DNA from: Bacilli bacterium
GTDB lineage: Bacteria > Bacillota_I > Bacilli_A > RFN20 > CAG-826
Length of the DNA stretch: 64,000 nucleotides
Direction: 5' to 3'
NCBI GenBank assembly: GCA_016296775.1
Contig: JAEDIE010000003.1
Coordinates: 127 to 64,126 of the forward strand
Shown: piece by piece, positions 26,345 to 36,308 of the stretch
How positions within the stretch are numbered: the first letter of the stretch is position 1
How the letters are laid out: every line of letters starts with the position of its first letter
Made by a program: the position numbers and the translations under genes
Notes under the pieces: generated by a model
Told to the model about the DNA's origin: nothing
Database searches by the model: none
What the model saw: only the letters and a program-made list of their open reading frames with translations

Positions 26345-27772
26345 ATGGATATTAAAAATAAATCAATTACATCAAGAGACGAAGATTTTGCTCAATGGTA
26401 TACCGATGTTTGTAAAAAAGCTGAATTAATGGACTATTCAGAAGTTAAAGGTTTTATTATTTATAGACCTTATGGATATGCTATTTGGGAACAAATTCAA
26501 AATTACTTAAATAAAGAATTTAAGAAAACAGGACATGAAAATGTTTATTTACCTTTAGTTATTAACGAATCTTTATTCCAAAAGGAAAAAGATCATATTT
26601 CAGGTTTTGCTCCTGAATGTTTAGTAGCTACAATTGGTGGTACAGAAAAATTAGAAGACAGATTAATTATTAGACCAACAAGTGAATGTTTATTTACCGA
26701 ACATTATAAACATATTATTTCAAGTTATAGAGATCTTCCAAAACTTTATAACCAATGGTGTTCAGTTGTAAGATGGGAAAAGACTACAAGACCATTCCTT
26801 AGAGGAAGCGAATTCTTATGGCAAGAAGGTCATACAATGCATTCAAGCGAGGAAGAAGCTAGACATGAAGCTATCCAAATGTTAGATATCTACGACAAAA
26901 TGGGTAAAGAATTATTAGCTGTTCCTTTCGTTAAAGGTAAAAAGACTGATAAAGAAAAATTTGCTGGAGCTAAAGAAACATATTCAATTGAAGCTTTAAT
27001 GCACGATGGTAAAGCTCTTCAATCAGGGACAACACATTATTTTGGACAAGATTTTGCCAAAGCTTTTGGTGTTCAATATCTTGATAAAGATGGAAAAATT
27101 AAAAATCCTCATCAAACAAGTTGGGGTGTTTCAACTAGATTAATTGGATCTATTATTATGGTTCATGGTGACGACAATGGTTTAGTTTTACCTCCATTTG
27201 TTGCTCCAATCCAAGCTGTAATTGTTCCAATTCAAATGCAAAAAGAAGGGGTTTTAGCAAAAGCTAGAGAATTAAAAGCATTATTAGAAGAAAAAGATAT
27301 TAGAGTTAAATTAGATGAGAGCGACAAAACTCCAGGATGGAAGTTCTCTGAATACGAAATGAAGGGTGTACCTTTAAGAATCGAAGTAGGTCCAAGAGAT
27401 CTGCAAAATGGTGTAGTTACTATTTGTAAACGTAATGATGGTAAGAAAGAAACTTTAAAAATTGAAGAAGTTGCTGATGAAGTTGTTCGTTTATTAGGTG
27501 TTATACATGAAGAAATGTATCAAGCTGCTGTTTTAAATTTAAGTAAAAACATCAAAGAAGCTCATAACTTAGAAGAATTAGAAGCCATTGTTTCAAAAGG
27601 TGGATATGCCAAAGTTATGTGGTGTGGAGATAGAGCTTGTGAAGATAAAGTAAAAGAAATGTTCAATGCAACATCTAGATGTATGCCATTTGCTCAAGTA
27701 AAAATTGATGAAAAGTGTGCAATTTGTGGAAAGGAAGCAAAATATTTAGTTTTATTTGCTAAAGCTTATTAA
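26345..27772 (+). CDS. proS: Proline--tRNA ligase (archaeal/eukaryote-like type)
   Basis: FAQWYTDV start, class II motifs (IRPTSE, FLWQEGHT, GTTHYFGQ), and a C-terminal zinc-binding domain ending in Y. Confidence 0.92.
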   Translation: MDIKNKSITSRDEDFAQWYTDVCKKAELMDYSEVKGFIIYRPYGYAIWEQIQNYLNKEFKKTGHENVYLPLVINESLFQKEKDHISGFAPECLVATIGGTEKLEDRLIIRPTSECLFTEHYKHIISSYRDLPKLYNQWCSVVRWEKTTRPFLRGSEFLWQEGHTMHSSEEEARHEAIQMLDIYDKMGKELLAVPFVKGKKTDKEKFAGAKETYSIEALMHDGKALQSGTTHYFGQDFAKAFGVQYLDKDGKIKNPHQTSWGVSTRLIGSIIMVHGDDNGLVLPPFVAPIQAVIVPIQMQKEGVLAKARELKALLEEKDIRVKLDESDKTPGWKFSEYEMKGVPLRIEVGPRDLQNGVVTICKRNDGKKETLKIEEVADEVVRLLGVIHEEMYQAAVLNLSKNIKEAHNLEELEAIVSKGGYAKVMWCGDRACEDKVKEMFNATSRCMPFAQVKIDEKCAICGKEAKYLVLFAKAY

Positions 27773-27774
27773 TC

Positions 27775-28716
27775 ATGAGTGAATTAGAATTAACTTTAAC
27801 TATTGTTTTTAGTGTAATTGGCGGATTACTTCTATTATTTTTAATTTCAGTTATTGCGTTATCTTATACTTTTTTTCATATTGGTTTTAAAAGAAAGAAT
27901 GTTAATGAATATACAGCCATTATTTACGATGCTCCAAAAGATAAATATCACTGGTTTGAAAGTTGTAATACAACTGATGTAAGTATTAAAACTTTTGATT
28001 CTTTAAATTTAACAGCCAAATTTGTTAAAAACGAAAAGAGTAACCATTTATACTTTTTAACAATTCATGGTTATCATGGTATGTTTATTTCTCGTATGCC
28101 AATTGCAAAAGTTGCTTTTGATAAATATAACGCTAATGTTTTAGCTATTAATATGAGAGGACATTATACTAGTGAAGGAAAATATAACTCATTAGGATAT
28201 TTAGAAAGTAAAGATCTTCAATGCTGGATTAATTTTATTATTGAACAGGATAAAGATGCTCGAATTATACTTGATGGAGTTTCAATGGGAGCTACAACAA
28301 TCATGTATCGTTTAGATGAGATTGATTCAACTCATGTAATTGGTGCAATTTGTGATTGTGGATTCTACTCATTTTATGAAGAAATCTTAAAAGATTATAA
28401 GAAGTTTAATAAATATTTATTTCCTTTTTCTAAAATGTTCTTAAGACCATTTTATAGAGCTAGATATAAAGTAGCTTTAAAAAGTTTAAATTGTTTTAAA
28501 GGTTTAAATAATAGTAAAATACCAGTTTTGTTTATACATGCTGAAGATGATCCAGTAGTACCTTATAGTGACCATGTAAAAGAATGTGAAGTTTTTTCTA
28601 AGGATACTAAAATGGAAATTCTACGTTTTAAAGATGGTGGTCATGCTCGTACTTTTTATAATCATAATGAAGAGTATGTTGAAGCTATGACTAAATTTAT
28701 TGATGAAATTATATGA
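27775..28716 (+). CDS. Membrane-anchored alpha/beta hydrolase (Ser nucleophile)
   Basis: N-terminal TM helix, HGYHG oxyanion region, GVSMGA nucleophile elbow, AEDDPVVP Asp, and GGHA His. Paralogue of 11251..12231. Confidence 0.8.
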   Translation: MSELELTLTIVFSVIGGLLLLFLISVIALSYTFFHIGFKRKNVNEYTAIIYDAPKDKYHWFESCNTTDVSIKTFDSLNLTAKFVKNEKSNHLYFLTIHGYHGMFISRMPIAKVAFDKYNANVLAINMRGHYTSEGKYNSLGYLESKDLQCWINFIIEQDKDARIILDGVSMGATTIMYRLDEIDSTHVIGAICDCGFYSFYEEILKDYKKFNKYLFPFSKMFLRPFYRARYKVALKSLNCFKGLNNSKIPVLFIHAEDDPVVPYSDHVKECEVFSKDTKMEILRFKDGGHARTFYNHNEEYVEAMTKFIDEII

Positions 28717-28730
28717 AAGAAGGAGTGAAA

Positions 28731-30479
28731 ATGAAAAAAAGTTTAATATTTTGTACTTTGCCGTTACTTTTATCTTTAATTTCAGGTTGTAATAGTAATT
28801 CTCAAGGAAACGATGAAGTTATTACTAAAAAGAAATTAACTATTTTAGCTGATGACGCTATTAGTTATGTTCCTTTAAATAGTGAATATTTACCAGGAGA
28901 AAGCGTTACTTTTCAAATAACTAGTTTAAAATTATCTAGCCAAGAATATAAAGTGTATTTGAATGATGAAGCCTTAGTTGGAATGACTGAAACAACATAT
29001 ATTTTCACCATGCCGAATAAAGATTCTACATTAAAAGTTGAATTAAAAAATATTACTAAAAAAATTAATTTTGAAGATAGTGACAAGTTTAATGTTAGTG
29101 TTAAAGATAACTTGAGTGAAGCCTCTATAAATCAAGAAGTTTTCTTTAACTTTGAGATTAAAAATGAATATGTAAATGATATCAACTTAAAAGCTATTGA
29201 AGCTTATTATTATGTTCAAGATGTAAAAACAAATTTTAATCTAACAATAAATTCAATTAGTGATTATAAGTATAGTTTTATTATGCCTAACTATGATGTT
29301 TATCTTAAACCAGTATATGAAACTATTCAAAAATATAAAGTTACTTTAAAAGAAACAGATAACATCAAAATTAAATTAATCAATAATAAAACAGATTATC
29401 AAGAATTTGAAAAAGTTACTTTCACATTAGAAATTAAAAACGAAGCAAGATTAAAAGAGGTAGTTGCTATTGATGAAGAAGGAAGTAATTTACCTGTTTT
29501 ATATGAAAATAACGAATATTCTTTCTATATCGGAAACAAGAATGTAACTATTGAAGTTAAAGAAAAATCCAATGAACTTTATTTAGTTACTTCAATTGTT
29601 AAACCAAAATATGGAACAGTTAGTTTTGTTGATGGAAAAACAGAATATTATGAAGGTGATTTAGTATCTTTTAAAATTACAACTTCAGCCGGATATAAAG
29701 TTAAAGGGTGTAATTTATATGACATTTCTTTAGAAAGTGTAGCTACAACTGTAAGATATGATTCATCAACTGATACATATTATTTCACTATGATTGATCA
29801 AGATTTATATTTGGATGCAGAATTTAGTCAAATTTATGTAATTAATGTAAATAAACCTGAGACATTAGAATTAACTTATGTAGAAGAAAAAAGCTATTAC
29901 GTTGGAGGAGAAAAAGTTGAATTCACTGTTAAAAGTATAGATACTAATTTTGCTTTTGATAGTTTATCAATTACCTACTATAACGGAAGTAGTGATATAA
30001 AAGTAGATTATAACGTTAAAGATGGTGTATACTCTTTTTCAATGCCTACATTTAATGTAACAATCACATTAAATGATAGAGAAGTGAGTGCCCCATCTTC
30101 TAATCCATTTAATGATGTTAGTAAGTTCCAAGCAACTGTTAAAGAAACTTATTACGATGAATGGGATGATTATTACACCACAACATTAACTTTCAATTTA
30201 ACTTTTGATTTTAATGGTGATGGAACATTTACTTATACTGCATATTATGTAGAAGCTAAGGAGACAAAGAAAGTATTTGATCATTATACTTTTACATATA
30301 ATGAAGATACATTATGTCTTAATATGGCTTTAGGATTTTCTCAAGACGTTAAAAAAGATTATTTTAAAGCAATAAAAGATAGTGATGGAAACGTTAATAG
30401 TTTTAAAGCATTAATGGATATTGATCCACATAATGGAATTTATACTATAAAAACAAATACGATTTTTACAAAAATCTAA
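28731..30479 (+). CDS. Surface lipoprotein with five tandem beta-sandwich repeats of roughly 85-95 aa (divergent InlB B-repeat-like)
   Basis: Lipobox LISGC. The recurring pattern is V.F.(I/L)....(Y/F).(V/L)....(Y/F).F.MP..(D/N)V.(L/I). The ATG at 28731 follows AAGGAG; the track start at 28713 overlaps the upstream stop. Confidence 0.75.
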   Translation: MKKSLIFCTLPLLLSLISGCNSNSQGNDEVITKKKLTILADDAISYVPLNSEYLPGESVTFQITSLKLSSQEYKVYLNDEALVGMTETTYIFTMPNKDSTLKVELKNITKKINFEDSDKFNVSVKDNLSEASINQEVFFNFEIKNEYVNDINLKAIEAYYYVQDVKTNFNLTINSISDYKYSFIMPNYDVYLKPVYETIQKYKVTLKETDNIKIKLINNKTDYQEFEKVTFTLEIKNEARLKEVVAIDEEGSNLPVLYENNEYSFYIGNKNVTIEVKEKSNELYLVTSIVKPKYGTVSFVDGKTEYYEGDLVSFKITTSAGYKVKGCNLYDISLESVATTVRYDSSTDTYYFTMIDQDLYLDAEFSQIYVINVNKPETLELTYVEEKSYYVGGEKVEFTVKSIDTNFAFDSLSITYYNGSSDIKVDYNVKDGVYSFSMPTFNVTITLNDREVSAPSSNPFNDVSKFQATVKETYYDEWDDYYTTTLTFNLTFDFNGDGTFTYTAYYVEAKETKKVFDHYTFTYNEDTLCLNMALGFSQDVKKDYFKAIKDSDGNVNSFKALMDIDPHNGIYTIKTNTIFTKI

Positions 30480-30489
30480 GGAGATAAAT

Positions 30490-33400
30490 ATGAAAAAAAG
30501 AATGTTATTAACATTAGCTGTTAGTTCTTTATTATTTGGTTCACTAGGTGTCGTTACAAGTTGTGATAGTGAATCAATTAACGATAATAACGGACCAAAG
30601 AATTATGAAGGTGAAGGAGCACCAAGTGATTCTTTAGGAAAGGATGGTGATACTTACCTAGATACTTTAACAAACACAACTTATATTAAAGTTAATGGAA
30701 CATGGGAAGTTAAATCAAATTCAACACATTATGAAGGAAGCGGTATTCCTAATGATGCTTTTGGAAATGATGGAGATACTTTTACAGATATGTCCACAGG
30801 TGATAAATATGTAAAGCAAGGTGGAAAATGGATTATTACTGAAGAAGGAAACTTAATTTTAAAACATACTGTCACATTTGATTTAAATGGTGGAACTCTT
30901 AACGGAGCCTCTTTCTTAGATCCTGTAAAAGTTAAACATGGTGATTGGGTTTCTGAACCTTTAGGCACTCCAATGAAAAAGAATTGCACATTTATTGGCT
31001 GGTATGATGGTCAATATCAATGGAATTTCCATTCACCAGTTAATGGAGATTTAACTCTTGTTGCTACTTATAACACAAATGAAGATTCAAAAGTTCAATT
31101 TACTGTTAATCCAAATAATGGTGAAAATGAATATTCTTGGAGTGGAGCAAACGGAGATTATCCAAAATTAAAAGTTCCAGCAAAAGAAGGATATGAATTT
31201 GTTGGATGGTATATTGAATCAACTGGAGAAGAATGGATTGGTGTTGCTAATGAAGAAGTTAATGGGCAAACACTTGTTGCTAAGTTTATAAAAGCTAGCT
31301 TTAATTTTAAATTCCAACTTAAATCTGAAACAAATACTATTAAAATCACAGGAATTAATAATATTGATACAGTTAGTGTTGTAATTCCAGATACTTTTGA
31401 TGGTTATGTAATTGATGAAATTGCTGAAAATGCCTTTGGAAATAGAATTTCTCTTGAAAGCGTAACATTTGGTCCAAATATTAAAGTTTGTAGTCCAAAA
31501 GCTTTCTTAGGATGTAGAGCCTTAAATACAATTAATGTTACTGGTGGAAGTTTATATTATAAGTCAATTGATGGAGTTTTATATAACGCACAAGAAACCG
31601 AATTAGTTTTTGTTCCTCAAAAGGCTTCTCCAGATCAACAATTTGATGTCCCTTCAACAATTACGAAAATTGGAGATTATGCTTTTTATGGTCAAGATTA
31701 TGAAGGAATTAGTGGTATTAAACTTAATGAAGGATTAATCGAGATTGGTGAAAAGGCTTTCTATAATTGCAGAAATGTTGCTCAATGGAATTTCCCATCA
31801 ACTCTTAAAAAGGTTGGAGATTATGCTTTCTGTAAGTTTGATAGTGCTCTCCAAGAAATATTCAATTTAAATGATGGTCTTGAATATATTGGTGATGCTT
31901 CATTTGCTGGTGTTTATATAAAAGGTGATTTTAAATTACCATCAACAGTTAAACATATTGGTGCAAGAGCTTTTGCCAATGATACAGCAATTACAAAATT
32001 TACTTTCCCAAGAGATTTGGAAACTTTAGGTGAAAACCCATTAAGTAATTGTACTGGGATTTTAGAAATTGAACTTGAAAGTGGTAACACACATTTTGCA
32101 ATGCATGATGGTATTTTATATACAGCTGATTATAAAACATTACTTCTTTGCCCAAGTGGTAGAACTGAACCTGTTGAAGTTAAAGAAGGAACAGAACTTA
32201 TTGGTCCATTTGCTTTTTATGAAGTTGACCAATTAGGTGAAATTACATTCCCAAATAGTGTAGTTGAGTTTGGTGAATCAGCTTTTGAAGATTGTTATCA
32301 TATTTCTTCATTTACTATTCCTGATACAGTTACAAAAATTGGTGAAGGTTGTTTTGATGAATGTACTGATTTAACAAGTATTAATTTTGGAACTGGCATT
32401 ACTTCTCTTCCAAAATATGCTTTCTGGGGTTGCTCTTCTTTAAGTGAATTGACAATTCCCGGAAATATAAAATCAATTGGAGATTTTGCTTTTGCATATT
32501 GTACAGGTTTAACAAAAATTACCTTTAATGAAGGTCTTGAATCTATTGGAACTTGTGCATTTATGTATGGTTGGACAGATGAATACGCAACAGATCCAGG
32601 AAGTAAGGTTAAAACATTAAAACTCCCAGATTCATTAGTTTCTTTATCTGATGATGCATTTAGTGGACATAGTGGAATTATTAGTATTCAAATTGGAGCA
32701 AATCTTAAATCATTCCCAGCTTATCAATTTAATAATTGTGATTTAAAAACAGTTACAGTTAAGAATTCAAATTATCTTCAAAATATTGACGGATTAGTTC
32801 TTTCAAAAGATGGAACAGTCTTATACTACGCAACAACATTAACTTATGGAGATGTTGAAATTCCTAGTGGAGTTAAAGTTGTTTCAGAATATGCTTTCTA
32901 TAAGAGCTCAACATTAAGAAATGCTTTAAAAGAAGACGGATTCGACATTACTAGTATAAAGATTCCTTCAACAGTAGAAACTATTGAAGAAGGTGCGTTT
33001 ACATATACAAAAGTAGGAAGTGTTGCATTTGGTTCATCTTTAAGAACAATTGAGAATCATGCTTTTTATAGTGCTGAATTAAATGGTATTACCTTTGCTG
33101 AAGGTGTTGAAACTATCGAAGAAGGAGCTTTCACTTTTACCGAAGGTGTTAAAAATGTTATTTTCCCAACTACTTTAAAAACAGTAGGTGAAGATGCCTT
33201 TGCTTTAAGTGATTTAACAACTCTTAAGCTCAACGAAGGATTAGAATTTATTGGTACTAATGCGTTTAGAAATACAAATATTACTGGTGTTATTAAGTTA
33301 CCAACAACATTAAAGGAATTAGGAAGCAATGCTTTCTGGCCAGGATACACAAAAACCAATTATGTTGAAAACTTTGATTTAACTGGAAATCCATACTTAA

Positions 33401-33804
33401 TTTGTGAAAATGGTATTGTTATGGATGCTTTAAAAACAAAAGTTATTGCTTATGCAGCTGGATACAAAGCTGATGGAATTAATAATCAAACATCTATCAC
33501 AATTCCTTCAACAGTTAAAACAATCGGTGCATCTGCACTTTCATACGCACCATACTTAAAAGAAATAGTTTTACCAGAAGGATTGTTAACAATCGAAGAT
33601 CAAGCATTTGAAAGTACAGGAAACTTAACCGAATTAGTTATTCCTCTTTCAGTTCAATATGTTGGTTATAGAGCGTTTAATGCCTGGAAGATTGGCACAA
33701 AATTAACATTTAAATGTAGTGCTACTTATGCTGCAATGCATTTTAGCCCAGAATATTTAAATGGTGTTTCTACAACAATGACTGTTGTTACTTATAATGG
33801 GTAA
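30490..33804 (+). CDS. Large surface lipoprotein with BspA-type leucine-rich repeats (LRR_5), Listeria-Bacteroides repeats and an N-terminal duplicated GD.Y.D motif
   Basis: Lipobox VVTSC. HTVTFDLNGGTLNG...FIGWY and YEFVGWY (Flg_new type). More than 15 repeats of the type I(P/G)..V..IG..AF..C..L..I. GGAG RBS. Confidence 0.85.
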   Translation: MKKRMLLTLAVSSLLFGSLGVVTSCDSESINDNNGPKNYEGEGAPSDSLGKDGDTYLDTLTNTTYIKVNGTWEVKSNSTHYEGSGIPNDAFGNDGDTFTDMSTGDKYVKQGGKWIITEEGNLILKHTVTFDLNGGTLNGASFLDPVKVKHGDWVSEPLGTPMKKNCTFIGWYDGQYQWNFHSPVNGDLTLVATYNTNEDSKVQFTVNPNNGENEYSWSGANGDYPKLKVPAKEGYEFVGWYIESTGEEWIGVANEEVNGQTLVAKFIKASFNFKFQLKSETNTIKITGINNIDTVSVVIPDTFDGYVIDEIAENAFGNRISLESVTFGPNIKVCSPKAFLGCRALNTINVTGGSLYYKSIDGVLYNAQETELVFVPQKASPDQQFDVPSTITKIGDYAFYGQDYEGISGIKLNEGLIEIGEKAFYNCRNVAQWNFPSTLKKVGDYAFCKFDSALQEIFNLNDGLEYIGDASFAGVYIKGDFKLPSTVKHIGARAFANDTAITKFTFPRDLETLGENPLSNCTGILEIELESGNTHFAMHDGILYTADYKTLLLCPSGRTEPVEVKEGTELIGPFAFYEVDQLGEITFPNSVVEFGESAFEDCYHISSFTIPDTVTKIGEGCFDECTDLTSINFGTGITSLPKYAFWGCSSLSELTIPGNIKSIGDFAFAYCTGLTKITFNEGLESIGTCAFMYGWTDEYATDPGSKVKTLKLPDSLVSLSDDAFSGHSGIISIQIGANLKSFPAYQFNNCDLKTVTVKNSNYLQNIDGLVLSKDGTVLYYATTLTYGDVEIPSGVKVVSEYAFYKSSTLRNALKEDGFDITSIKIPSTVETIEEGAFTYTKVGSVAFGSSLRTIENHAFYSAELNGITFAEGVETIEEGAFTFTEGVKNVIFPTTLKTVGEDAFALSDLTTLKLNEGLEFIGTNAFRNTNITGVIKLPTTLKELGSNAFWPGYTKTNYVENFDLTGNPYLICENGIVMDALKTKVIAYAAGYKADGINNQTSITIPSTVKTIGASALSYAPYLKEIVLPEGLLTIEDQAFESTGNLTELVIPLSVQYVGYRAFNAWKIGTKLTFKCSATYAAMHFSPEYLNGVSTTMTVVTYNG

Positions 33805-33809
33805 TTAAA

Positions 33810-34817
33810 ATGAAAAATAATAGATTCGTTATTCTTTTAGCTGGGGCACTTTTAATGAGCTGCACCCCAGCTAATAAAGATTTTTATGAAGTAAGTTATT
33901 CAAATAACTATGAAAATGGTGGTTATTTTAAGAATGTTGTCGTTTCTAAAGATGCAAATTTAAAAAGACCAAGCAATCCAACTCGTGAAGGTTATATTTT
34001 TCAAGGTTGGTCTACTAATAAAAATGAGTTTATTGAATTTGTAGATTTTGATAAACCTGTTTCTAAAGATTTAGTTCTTTATGCTTCATGGGTTGAAGAT
34101 AATGATCAATTAACTGATTTATTTAAAGCCCAATTATTTAAAAAATATTTAAGTTGGGTTGAGGTTCCTACAATTAAAGCTGAAAGAGTGAGTAATATTA
34201 TTGTTCAATATTATTCTCCAGCTGAAATGGGAGCAGCCGCTGATTTTAAAGATACCTTTGAAAGATATAATGATAGAACTGAGAGTGTCACATATCAAAT
34301 ATTAGAAGATGATAGTGAAGTTAGACTTGGTTCTTCTAAATATTATTATGATGATAAGTACTTCTATAAACAAACCATAGATGATGAAGACTCATCAAAT
34401 AACAAAACAACTACAGCTCCATTTAAAGAAGAAGAACTTGAAGAATTTTTAAATATAGGATTTTATAATCTTAACATTAGAGATTTTTCAAAAGTTATTC
34501 AAGGTTTAGAAGAAGGTAAGACAGATGACGATTTGTTTTACTATGATATCAGTGAAATTGATTTAAGGAGTTTTGATTCAAGTGCTCAATATTTTGAGTT
34601 CTCTTTCTTATATGAACAAGATGTTTATAACGAAGAACAAGGATTAACTCTACAAAATCTTTCTATATACAATGGAAGTATCCATTTTTCTAATAATATA
34701 ATAACCAAATCAAAGGTTATTCGTTATAACGCTGTTGCAATTAATGGTGATTTAATGATGGAAGAACAAGACACCGACACAATTATATATACTGCTGGTG
34801 ATGTTAATAGGGAATAA
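33810..34817 (+). CDS. Lipoprotein with one Listeria-Bacteroides repeat (Flg_new-like) domain
   Basis: Lipobox LLMSC. YEVSYSNNYENGG...P.REGYIFQGWSTN...LYASW. Confidence 0.7.
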   Translation: MKNNRFVILLAGALLMSCTPANKDFYEVSYSNNYENGGYFKNVVVSKDANLKRPSNPTREGYIFQGWSTNKNEFIEFVDFDKPVSKDLVLYASWVEDNDQLTDLFKAQLFKKYLSWVEVPTIKAERVSNIIVQYYSPAEMGAAADFKDTFERYNDRTESVTYQILEDDSEVRLGSSKYYYDDKYFYKQTIDDEDSSNNKTTTAPFKEEELEEFLNIGFYNLNIRDFSKVIQGLEEGKTDDDLFYYDISEIDLRSFDSSAQYFEFSFLYEQDVYNEEQGLTLQNLSIYNGSIHFSNNIITKSKVIRYNAVAINGDLMMEEQDTDTIIYTAGDVNRE

Positions 34818-34819
34818 AT

Positions 34820-36259
34820 ATGAAAAAGACTATTTTATTAAGCTTAACATTGTTTAGTTTATGTTTATTAAATGGATGTAATAATGAAACTATAGATCCA
34901 GTAGTAGAAAAAGAATATTCTCTTTTTTCTTATTTAAATGAATACAAAGATAGTGAAGATTATGTTTTAAATATCGTTGGGGAAGGTTCATCTCCAATGT
35001 CTTCAACAACATATAACAAAACAATTTCTTATTCAAAAAATGTTATTAAATTTGAAGAAAATTTTGGTACATACAAGATTGTTACTGGATATATCAATAA
35101 GGATAAAAAAGTATATACATTCAAACAAAACGATGGAACTTATGTTTTAGATAATGAAATAAGTGGAAATACAAATTGTTATGACATGGTATTTTCTTTA
35201 AGCAAATTAAAATTAGATACTTATTTAGCTTATGAAAATAATAATTATAATTTTGAATTAAGTGTAGATAGTAGTGGAAATCCTGTTAAATACATTGATT
35301 ATTATAACGTTTATGTTCTTGCTAGTATGTTAAAAATAGGAACTCAACTTGATTATGTCGCTGGAGCAAAATTATCTTTTAATAAAGATAAAGAAGCTTT
35401 ATATTTTGAGTTGATATCTTATTTAGCTAATGATGGTGGACAAGAATTTATCTTCTCTTATAATGTTAGTTTTAGTTTTATTAATAATACGAGCGATGTA
35501 AGTGAAGCGTTATCTAATTCAACATTTAATAAAACTCCATTAAATGAAAAATTCCAAACAATAAAAACCTTATGCTCTTATGGATATGGAATTAAAAATT
35601 ATTCAATTAAAGGAAGTGATGGAAACGGAAACTCATTAACTTTTAGTGGAAATGTTTATATTAATGATAGATATTGTGTTTTTGATTATTCAACAGATGC
35701 TTATCAAGCAATCCAAGGATTCTTAAATTATGAAGATGCTGTTTATGCTATTCAACCAAGCGGCACCTCTGTTTCAATTAGTAAAATCATAAGTAAAAAA
35801 GAAATAATGGATTTTAATAAGCAAAACAATTCTTCTTATACTTCATTAGACTTTGCTAGACTTATGTTCTATCAAATGTTTAATATAATTCCAATTGAAA
35901 CAACGGCTGTTTATCAAAATGAAAATTATATTCAATATGATTCAACATTAGATTTATTCTATGCTTCAGATTACTTTGATTTGCTTGGATTTTCTAATAA
36001 TGTTGACGAAACATTATATTTCACTATGCTTAATCCTCAAATTAGACCTCTTTCTTATACTTTAACTTATAAAGAATATGGTGATCCTAATACAACAGAG
36101 GATGACTTAATTAATGTAGGTTATATAGGATATAAGGAAAAAAGTGGTGGAAACGGTATAAGTAACGAAGGAAATTATCGTTTATTCTCTTATTCTAACT
36201 TTAGAATGAAGGATGATTTGATGGAATTTATCTTCGAATACACTTTACCAAATATGTAA
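34820..36259 (+). CDS. Lipoprotein, function unknown
   Basis: Lipobox LLNGC. No recognisable motif. Fourth consecutive lipoprotein gene, with a 2-nt gap from the previous one. Confidence 0.7.
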   Translation: MKKTILLSLTLFSLCLLNGCNNETIDPVVEKEYSLFSYLNEYKDSEDYVLNIVGEGSSPMSSTTYNKTISYSKNVIKFEENFGTYKIVTGYINKDKKVYTFKQNDGTYVLDNEISGNTNCYDMVFSLSKLKLDTYLAYENNNYNFELSVDSSGNPVKYIDYYNVYVLASMLKIGTQLDYVAGAKLSFNKDKEALYFELISYLANDGGQEFIFSYNVSFSFINNTSDVSEALSNSTFNKTPLNEKFQTIKTLCSYGYGIKNYSIKGSDGNGNSLTFSGNVYINDRYCVFDYSTDAYQAIQGFLNYEDAVYAIQPSGTSVSISKIISKKEIMDFNKQNNSSYTSLDFARLMFYQMFNIIPIETTAVYQNENYIQYDSTLDLFYASDYFDLLGFSNNVDETLYFTMLNPQIRPLSYTLTYKEYGDPNTTEDDLINVGYIGYKEKSGGNGISNEGNYRLFSYSNFRMKDDLMEFIFEYTLPNM

Positions 36260-36263
36260 ATTA

Positions 36264-36308
36264 AAAGGGGATACTCGTTACATAATAGTTAAGTATCCCT
36301 TTTTTTTA
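36264..36308. terminator. Bidirectional terminator between convergent genes
   Basis: AAAGGGGATACT...AGTATCCCTTTTTTTT stem with a 17-nt loop, flanked by an A-run and a T-run. Confidence 0.65.

Noticed and set aside
26300-26345. T-box leaders upstream of proS and asnS (53000..53031)
   Set aside because: The upstream gaps are only 3 nt and 36 nt, far too short for a T-box of about 200 nt. I saw no specifier or T-box sequence.
30729-33359. Antisense ORFs 30729..30989, 31158..31349 and 33066..33359 inside the LRR lipoprotein gene
   Set aside because: They are shadows of a 1104-aa gene with obvious repeat structure, and they lack start context.
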